A stretch of 20,432 nt of DNA from Oopsacas minuta (taxonomy: Eukaryota; Animalia; Porifera): NCBI GenBank assembly GCA_024704765.1, contig JAKMXF010000310.1:1114649-1135080 (forward strand), in the 5' to 3' direction. Under the pieces are notes generated by a model that ran no database searches, was not told the DNA's origin, and saw nothing but the letters and a program-made list of their open reading frames with translations. This document shows positions 11,464 to 19,363 of the stretch, piece by piece; position 1 is the first letter of the stretch, and every line of letters begins with the position of its first letter. The position numbers were made by a program, and so were the translations under genes.

Positions 11464-11918
11464 TTTGCAGCTCTGATAGACAGTATTCTAATGTCCAAAA
11501 AACTGGAAAAATACCAGCAGAAGGTCGGGACTTTGCCCTGGTCACAATTATAAACAATAAATATATACTAAAATTATTACACAATGAAAATAAGTGTTTG
11601 GCAAATGTTCAGCCAAATACAATAAAATAAGTTCCAAATAGCCCGTTTTTGGGAGAGATCTGACTTCGCCCGATTTCATGTTAAATTTTTCGCAAAACAT
11701 AGTAGAACTTCTCCTCTACATTTTCTATTAACCACATACTGCCGGGAAAACAGGTGATTTAATGACATCATCTCGTTTTTGGTGCGGGAATTGGTTAAAA
11801 CCCAGTGGTAAAATTTTTAGTGTTCATTCTCATTACGAACATAACACTTCGGCAGTAATCGGTTAAAATCAAAAGCTAAAGATACCAAGAAAGTTATGCA
11901 TAACAAACTCAAACTCAC

Positions 11919-11960
11919 CATCACATCCATTTGTACAACTCGAATCACACGGTTGGCACC
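11919..11960 (-). CDS. Putative host-gene exon (42 nt, phase 1-1): CQPCDSSCTNGCD(G), furin-like cysteine-rich module
   Basis: Acceptor CACTTACAG and consensus donor ATG|GTGAGT. The phase-1 frame gives four regularly spaced cysteines that join in frame to the 47-nt exon. Confidence 0.7.
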
Positions 11961-12820
11961 CTGTAAGTGTTTCATTGTTGAAGAATTCATTAACTAAAAA
12001 AGTAGAGCAATATAACAGTATCTAATAGATAAAATGGCGATGTCGTAGAGTAGAGTAGAGTGCTAAATTTAGAGGAGATAAATAAAGCAACGAGTGTTAT
12101 CTTAGCAGCTGATTCAGCAGCCGATTCAAATCCCCACTAAAACACCTTTTTCTCAAAAAGTATGGGTTCCATTTTGAAAAGGATCATGCCAGTGTCAAGA
12201 AGAAAGTTGGTACATTTCATATCATCACTCATAATCGCCAAATTTTACATGATGAGTAAGCAATTTTGCATTACATTTTGGTCGAGGTTTTTTATTAATA
12301 TCTTCTGAAATAATTGTGATAACAACTTATCATTTTAATCATATTTACATCTCGCTTGGTACATTGTGCATATCCAATTTGAAATTAAAATAATTATTTT
12401 TGAAAATTTATGAACGCCCGAACTTTACATAGGAATTACATAGACGACCAGTTTTTGCTTGATGATTTGTATGCTTTGTAGCTATGTATTGATTACTTGA
12501 ATATTCTTAGTGTAAATTTACTTAAGATGACTAATTTCTTGAGGTCAAATGTATTCCTTCCCAATTATTAGGACCAGTTATGTCAGTTTAGATTTTTGAA
12601 GTTAGTATTAAATTAAGCATGTAATATCAATCAACAAGCATTTGTAACACTGTAATTGATTTATTTCGTTTCTCACGACCTTAATACTTTTGATATTCTT
12701 CAACTTTATTGTATTTCAACTTCATTTCTTCCACAAATTTTCTTCATACAACAGTCCTACTAAATTTCATTTCAATTCAATCATGTGAGTATTTTTCTTA
12801 ATTAATTTTGTAATGTTACA

Positions 12821-13002
12821 CAGTCAACTCCCGTTATATCGAACATGGATAATTAGAAATCTTCGCTATATCGAAGTCTGAGATTATACAAATATAGTCA
12901 CAAATCGTTAAAGAAACATAAATGTCATCGGTTATATCGAAATCCGCGTGTATAGAAGTAATTATTGCGGTTCCTTGCTTCCGATATAAGGGGAGTTGAC
13001 TG
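12821..13002. mobile_element. Tigger/pogo-like MITE (182 bp)
   Basis: 23-bp TIRs CAGTCAACTCCCGTTATATCGAA and (rc) CAGTCAACTCCCCTTATATCGGA. TA on the right and CA on the left (mutated TSD). Confidence 0.88.
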
Positions 13003-13063
13003 TAGTTGTATACAAATGTGTCAGAAAATTAGTCGTTCCTTTTGGCATAGATTGTGTTCTTAC

Positions 13064-13080
13064 TTCCAACCATGACATCT
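13064..13080 (-). CDS. Candidate micro-exon (17 nt, or 15 nt using the second AG): DVMVG(R)
   Basis: Acceptor ATTGTTCCAG(AG), strong donor GAA|GTAAGA. It ends in phase 1 and gives VMVGRCQPC when joined to the 42-nt exon. Confidence 0.45.
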
Positions 13081-13603
13081 CTGGAACAATTTGTAATTGA
13101 GTAATTAATAAGAGCTAGAGACTTGAAATTTAGCATATGTGAAATGTGACAATTCTAGGGACAAGTTCAAAGTTCTAAGATCTAAGCGCTATCTTAAAAG
13201 TACTCTGAGATAGGTGTCAAAATGTATTGACCTATCAGATTTGAGGTTTTACAGATTGTGGGAATATTACCATCATATGTTAGGCTTTAACCCAGAACAA
13301 TTAGGATGCAAAAAATTACTCAATAGTCCCAATTGTGCAAAATAATTCAAATTTCAAATTGTTAAACCTGTAACCATGTTTGTTAATTAAAATGTACTTA
13401 GTACTTAGCCAATGTAACCACCACTATATTGTGGACGATATGTACATACTCACTAGTTTTGTAAATTAATTGAATTGTCAAATGGTATAAATATGTAACT
13501 ATGATTATGATTATGTATTAATTTACAAATTAAATTTAACTACTATTTTAACATTCAGTGAAATACATCAAAAATAAATCTTTCAATGATTTATTACGCA
13601 GAC

Positions 13604-14593
13604 CAGAGCTGGAATCGGGTCCACTTTTCAGAACACGACCAGACCCGAACCCGAACCCAACCCAAAGTGTAAACAAGTGTAGATACTAACTGAAATTCCT
13701 CTAAAATATAGGTTCGTTGACATTTTAACTAATACAAGCCTTTGGCACGTCGCATCGCTTCGCGATGAACTTGGCGCATTGCACCTCGAGATATCCATTA
13801 TTCCCCAAATTGAAGGCCCCTTTGAGTAATATAATATAGATATATTAAGAATTATGTAATTCACAATATACGTATATGGCATACATATTATTGAATTATT
13901 TCGTAAGATCAAAACCCCCAGGCTAGCCATTGAGAGCAAGTATCTAAAATTTTTAGATTTTGCTAATTTGTTTACTTTATATTCGTAAACAACAATACAT
14001 TTACATATGAGGACCTTGAAAATGCGAAATTCGAATTCAGCGTACTTAGCTACCCCTAGGTGGCTGTTTAGAGCAAGCCTATTCATAAATACAACAATAT
14101 ATTTACATATCAACAGATAAACAACAATTGAGATTTAATAATATAGATGTTGTTTACAATACCATATTCAGACTCAGCATACTCAATTACCCCAGTATAG
14201 TCGGTGAAAGTATGATTCTACCTCAATTTTGAAATTTGTTCACTTTCTATTCATAAAAACAACAATAGATTTACATATGATTAATCCAAAAGTGTGAAAA
14301 TCGGACTCAGCATGTTCGATATATTTAGTGAAGTTTATTCGAATTCTATTTACTTCCTTGATAAACACGATAAATACAAAGTTATGCGACAATTTCAAAA
14401 TTGGATACCGTAAATCCTTTCCTTGACAATGGACAGACAGACAGACAGACAGACAAACAACAATTGAGATTTAATAATATAGATTAGTCAAACAAGAATA
14501 TTAGTTTAAAAATAAAATTCAATCATTGAATTTAAAAATTACGCACAAAGTTAGAACTGATCAACTTTGAACCCGAACCCTATTACGACTCTG
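13604..14593. mobile_element. hAT-type MITE (about 235 bp net) interrupted by Helitron-like copy 2
   Basis: Ends CAGAGCTGGAATCGGG and (rc) CAGAGTCGTAATAGGG (12/16), with CCCGAA repeats at both ends. Degenerate 8-bp TSD ACGCAGAC/CCGCGGAC (6/8). Confidence 0.7.
13729..14483 (-). mobile_element. Non-autonomous Helitron-like element, copy 2
   Basis: Same minus-strand 5' end (A|TCTATATTATTAAATCTCAAT plus microsatellite), same degenerate 3' hairpin (CAAGCCTTTGGCACG on plus) and same internal order as 7882-8487. Confidence 0.65.
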
Positions 14594-14770
14594 CCGCGGA
14601 CATTAAATAAATTTACTTGAATACACATGCAAGCATGTTAGATATATTCCAACGCGTAAAACGGTAAAAATGGCGAAAAATAGACACCATAGGTGTTCGC
14701 CAGCCGTGCATCGCAACAAAGCGAAGCTTGCTTGAGGTTACAGATCCGTTGCACTACAAATATGCAATAC

Positions 14771-14794
14771 CATTTTCCGGCAAAATGAGCCGTT
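14771..14794 (-). CDS. Candidate micro-exon (24 nt): (E)RLILPEN in phase 1-1
   Basis: Strong acceptor TTCTTTCTGTGTTCTATATTGCAG and weaker donor ATG|GTATTG. It is frame-compatible only with the 15-nt form of the next exon. Confidence 0.3.
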
Positions 14795-15968
14795 CTGCAA
14801 TATAGAACACAGAAAGAATTTTTCTATCACCTAACCTATCCCTAGTCCAAAATTGACATGTTAATATTAGACCTTTTGTATAGTAGGCTATGGATATACT
14901 AATAATTATAACCGAAACATAAATATATAACGTAGAAATAAATTTATCCATTATATTTTCTTGCTTGACTTTGATACTAATGTTAATCTGGAAATTAAAA
15001 ATAAACACAGTGAACTCCTCGAATCAGGTAAACCTTCAGACTGGCTGAAAACGACCGTATAAGGGAGGTGACTTCATTATAGGATTTGGAGATTGTAGTT
15101 CCCTAATGGGAATTCCCAAGAGACTGTGAGATAATTATGCATTCGAAGGGTGGTCGTATCTGAGGGGTGTCGGTTTGGAATTGTACCACTGTTATCTCAA
15201 AAATGTATAAAGATAAAATATGTATAAATACTATGTTTGATAAATGCCTAATAAATGCTAAGAATTTTAACAAACTAGTAGCTAAAATCGAATAATTGAA
15301 AGCTATACTTAACGCTTAACTAGTAACATTATCAATTGAATGGGGAATATTTTACCTGTTATCACAAGTATAATCAAAAGACCTCTGTTAACATTTAGTT
15401 ATACATAAAGAGTTTCTTCAAAGAGATAGTTTACAATTATCATACAAGCAAAATTTCTCTTTATGTGATAAATTATATACCTCTCTTACAGAGTTGTGGA
15501 TTTGATATAATTAATTATTAAAATCAAATTAAATGAAATATTAGTTGCGTTACATCAAATAAAACCAAATCAAATACATCAGAGGGTCTTGAAAATAACC
15601 TAGGACCCTGGGTTCTTGATTTGCTAAGTGTGTAAATATCGATACTCTAAACAATACGCATGAAATAGAGAGATAAGAAAAAAATTCGATGCAAAAGCTG
15701 GTGGCTCTGGGTGAAGGTAATTTGAAATATGCCCTTGTGGAGTTATACCAGTGGGCGGAGTCAGAGTGTACGCAGGGGTCACGAAATTTGGGAAGGATTT
15801 ACAATTTCCAACCAAAAGTTTGCACAATAGCTCTACCACTTAAACATTAGCGGTTCAGCAAATATAAGTCAAAAACTGGAAACTACAATTATTCTCTGGA
15901 ACAGGGAGAAATAAGAAGTGCATTATAAATGATTCGAAGGATAAATATCGGGGAGAATGCGTTGATAC

Positions 15969-16797
15969 GAATTTTGAAGTTGTCATTTGTCATAATCTCT
16001 AGTTCAGACTTTGTCAGAATGATGTTTATCGAATTTAGACTTTGTCAAAATGGATATATCGAGGTTGGACAGTGTCAAAATGGTTTGTATCGAGTTTATT
16101 GGGCTCAGATATGGGAGAATGAATATTTGCATTTAGTTTCGACACAATTTAGTTGTTATTGTTTTGGAAAAGAAAGTTTTTCGATAAAACAGAGAAACAC
16201 TCCTAGAACCGAGTAAAAATTCGAAAAAATCCCTGCTCCCAATTTCTCGAAAGAGAAAAACACCTAGACGCAATTACAGTCGGTTCCAAATCAATAATGA
16301 CAGTTAAAAACACTGTCTTCTTCTTCTCCATGATTTATAACACCGTATCTCACACTCCAGAACATGAAATAAGTAATAGGAGAAAAAAATTCGATCACCA
16401 TTTAGTTCGTATTCAAATCCCCGATCAACTACTCATAACCAAATTGATAGCTAATCCAAGAAATATCCCGTCATGATCCCGTCCTAGCTTTAAATCCGCC
16501 CTTTCTATAACCATTTTGCAATTTTTCTACCTTATCTATTGATCATATGAAAGATTGTTTTTCTATAAAACCTTGTCCAATATGATGATCTACTACGACA
16601 GAAGATATGTTCCAAATATTCGCCAGTTAACCTACTCAACAGGCAACACATCATATCCAAATACGTTTCTTCTCATAGTTATAAATTTCGAGTGATATAG
16701 TAATGATTGACATTTAAGTAATAACCAAAATGCAAAATGGATTCTCCAAATCAGAGCACAGTAAAAACCATTCTGACAAATGACAACTTCATAATTC
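15969..16797. mobile_element. Element with unequal inverted arms (15969-16138 and 16723-16797)
   Basis: GAATT(T/A)TGAAGTTGTCATTTGTCA and GCTC(A/T)GAT...GGAGAAT...TTTGCATTT occur in both arms in opposite orientation. The left arm carries an extra tandem repeat. Confidence 0.65.
16006..16097. repeat. Minisatellite, 3 x 30-31 bp
   Basis: Units of the form GAC..TGTCA(G/A)AATG.....TATCGA start at 16006, 16037 and 16067. Confidence 0.85.
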
Positions 16798-16801
16798 AAA
16801 C

Positions 16802-16987
16802 AACAGATTCCTTATATATAGCTCAACCATAGTATAGTACAGTTTTTTGTAATACAAAAACCCCATACCCTAATTCCAAAAAGGTGACTTTCATTAGGCC
16901 TAACAAATGACCTTTCCTCGAACATAGAAAAGCTAATACACAAAAACCGTACTATAGTATAGTTGAGCTATATGTAAGTTATTTGTT
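16802..16987. mobile_element. MITE with about 50-bp inverted arms
   Basis: AACAGATTCCTTATATATAGCTCAACCATAGTATAGTACAGTTTTTTGT versus (rc) AACAAATAACTTACATATAGCTCAACTATACTATAGTACGGTTTTTGTG. Confidence 0.8.
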
Positions 16988-17050
16988 CAGACAAATGCAG
17001 CGTCCCCTAAATAACTCATAATACTAGCAAATAAATACTGAAGCTACCAT

Positions 17051-17944
17051 CAAGTTTACAAATATGATTTAATGAATCACACATTCCATATCTACTGTAG
17101 AAAATATTTTCAGGTCGAAAGGCGTCGTGTGATCGTATAATAGGCTGATTTTTGGGAAATGCTCCAATTTTGAAGCACTATAAAATGCAAAATATTGATC
17201 TTTTATATTAAGTTCAATTATGAAATATTTGCTAAGTATTTTATATATAATTGTAATGAAAAAGTTGACTCATATTTAGTACAGCCGAAACCTTGGAATG
17301 CACTTTGTATGTCAACACTCACTTATAACTCGATAATCGTCACAATTATGGTCAAATCAAGATAGCCAATTTACAATACATAACTAACTTCCCAACCCCT
17401 GATAATACATTCTGATATGATATCTCTGAAGATTATTGCGGAATCTTGAAAATGACCAAATATATGGGGATATTCAGGATTGTGTCAGAAATGTAGTAAA
17501 ATTTACCCAAGAACGGGAGTTACAAACTGGTCTCTTAGTTTCATTGCCTTCTCGGTGACAAATATAGCAGTATATAATAGGCGATAGGTACGAGATATCC
17601 ACAATAAAATGTATTAAAGGGTATATACGTATGGGAAGCGTGTATGTTTAGAAATTGGCTATCTATATTTGGCTATAATTGTAACGATATCAAATAAGCG
17701 AATATTGACATGCAAATGCAATCAATCGTCTCGGCTGAAATTAAAATTGAGTCAACTTTTCATTACAATTTTTCAAATATTATATAAATGAATTGAGTAT
17801 CAAAGATCAATATTCTGCATTTTAGTGTTTCAAAGTCGGAGAATTTTTCCAACAATAAACAAAATAGGTCGCACGACATTTTTCGACCTGAAAATATTGT
17901 CTAGATGTGAAAGTGTGTTTCGTTACCTCATATTTGTAAATTTG
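17051..17944. mobile_element. Foldback element C
   Basis: 17051-17420 pairs with about 17600-17944 (e.g. TTTACAAATATGA, AATATTTTCAGGTCGAAA, AATGAAAAAGTTGACTCA, CAGCCGA). It has the same core and spacer as A/B, with about 100 extra bp in the spacer. Confidence 0.85.
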
Positions 17945-18953
17945 GACCAAGGACCACGATATATAGAAATGAATGTTTTAAGGGTATATTATTATTTGCT
18001 ATAGAATCAAAATAGTACACTTTTAGCCAACAAATGGTATTAGTGTTATTTAACTACACATAGAATCAATATATGCAAAAATTTTAGGAGAAAATGAAGT
18101 CGCCAAATTGCTTACTAGACAATATTATTACCAGAAATGCCCATAAGGAAGCTCTGCAAAGAGACTATTTTTGTATATAAGATTCCAAAGTTTATACCAT
18201 GGTATTTCAGGGTGTTTAACACAAAATATCAAAAAATTGCCATGAAAGGTTGACGGGTTAGAGAGTTGCGGTAGTGACCATGAATTACATATTTTGCAAA
18301 TATTAACCAAAAAACTTGACAAGCTTCAAAGTTATAGCTAAATCATTTGACATACATAAGGTATATACCTAACTTCTTATGCCCTGATAATACTTTTGAT
18401 ATGATTTCTCTGATGAGCATGACACAATCTGAAAAATAACCATATAGGGTATTATTGATTAGTGCGAAATTATTATTGGGAAATATCAAATGAAAATGTA
18501 TTATTAGGGTATGGAAAGTTGGGTGTATTCTATATACTATATGTATTAGATGATTTGGCTAAAACGTTGATGGTTGTCAAGTTATTGGTGAATTTTGGCA
18601 AAATATGTCATCAATGGTCACTACTGTAACTCTAAAACGCGGGAACTTTATGATAGCAATATCTTGATATTTTGTATGAATACATCCTGAAATACTATGG
18701 GAAAATTTTGGAATCGTATACGCACTCTTTACAGGTCTTCGGAGGTGGCATATTTTAGGAAATAAAATTGTCTAGTAAGCAATCTGGTAACGTGATTTAA
18801 TCTTGTAAATTTTGCAGATATTGATTTTGCGTACAGTTAAATAACACTAATACATTCAGCTTGGTAATAGTGTACCATTTTGATACTATGGCCAATAATA
18901 GGATTCCCTATATAAATTATAGAAATATATCGTTGTACCTGGTTCAACATTTT
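17938..18953. mobile_element. Foldback element D, abutting C
   Basis: 17938-18400 pairs with about 18490-18953 (e.g. GTATTAGTGTTATTTAACT, TTGCTTACTAGACAAT, GTATTTCAGG, GTAGTGACCAT). The spacer AATCTGAAAAATAACCATATAGGG is related to those of A-C. Confidence 0.85.
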
Positions 18954-18976
18954 AATGGACTATCATTGCCTTAGTG

Positions 18977-19054
18977 CATTGGTCCTCAAACTTTTTCTCC
19001 CGCGGACCTCAGTCCATTTTATGGGGTCCGTGGACCCCAGGTTGAGAACCACTG
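18977..19054. mobile_element. Minimal Buster/Charlie-type hAT MITE (78 bp)
   Basis: Ends CATTGGTCCTCAA / TTGAGAACCACTG, perfect 8-bp TSD CCTTAGTG (nnnTAnnn), internal hairpin GGGGTCC-GT-GGACCCC. Confidence 0.92.
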
Positions 19055-19342
19055 CCTTAGTGTATTGCTATGCTTCAGTATATTTGCAAATATCATGAGT
19101 TTTTGTACTTAGAATAACCTCAATGCACTTCTTATTTATCTCTGGTCCAGAAAATAAATGTAGTTTCAGTCCTAAGATCACGTAGTTCACGTATAAGTAT
19201 AATCCTCCTACTGACTAGTATTTTTCAAAGACAAATAGAGGATTTCTATTATTCAATTTCGTCCCGCAGCATAGGTCCCGACTCCCGGCCCTATTTCAAT
19301 GACTTGATACCCAAAAATAAAATAAGTTTTAGGAAAAAATAC

Positions 19343-19363
19343 CTTGGCAATGTGAAAGAGCAG
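19343..19363 (-). CDS. Candidate micro-exon (21 nt): ALSHCQ (phase 1-1) or LLFHIAK (phase 0-0)
   Basis: Very strong acceptor TTCTTCCTTCTATTCGCATTTTTTTCAG and donor AAG|GTATTT. The length is a multiple of 3, and it lies outside recognised repeats. Confidence 0.4.

Larger units (their letters stand above)
8955..11475 (+). mobile_element. Full-length hAT (Ac/Hermes-hobo-like) DNA transposon, 2521 bp
   Basis: Perfect 19-bp TIRs CAGAGCTGCAAATGGGTCA / TGACCCATTTGCAGCTCTG and perfect 8-bp TSD ATAGACAG (8947-8954 and 11476-11483, nTnnnnAn pattern). TGGGTCA arrays occur at both ends, and it encloses the transposase. Confidence 0.98.

Noticed and set aside
13628-14113. 161-aa minus-strand ORF
   Set aside because: It spans a Helitron-like/MITE junction, is low in complexity, and shows no domain.
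15624-16216. 71-aa and 95-aa ORFs
   Set aside because: No family signal; the longer one is sustained by the 30-bp minisatellite (CQNG repeats).
17325-17339. ATAACTCGATAAT resembling a loxP half-site
   Set aside because: Short partial match in AT-rich DNA. The inverted partner is hundreds of bases away rather than 8 bp, and no recombinase is present.
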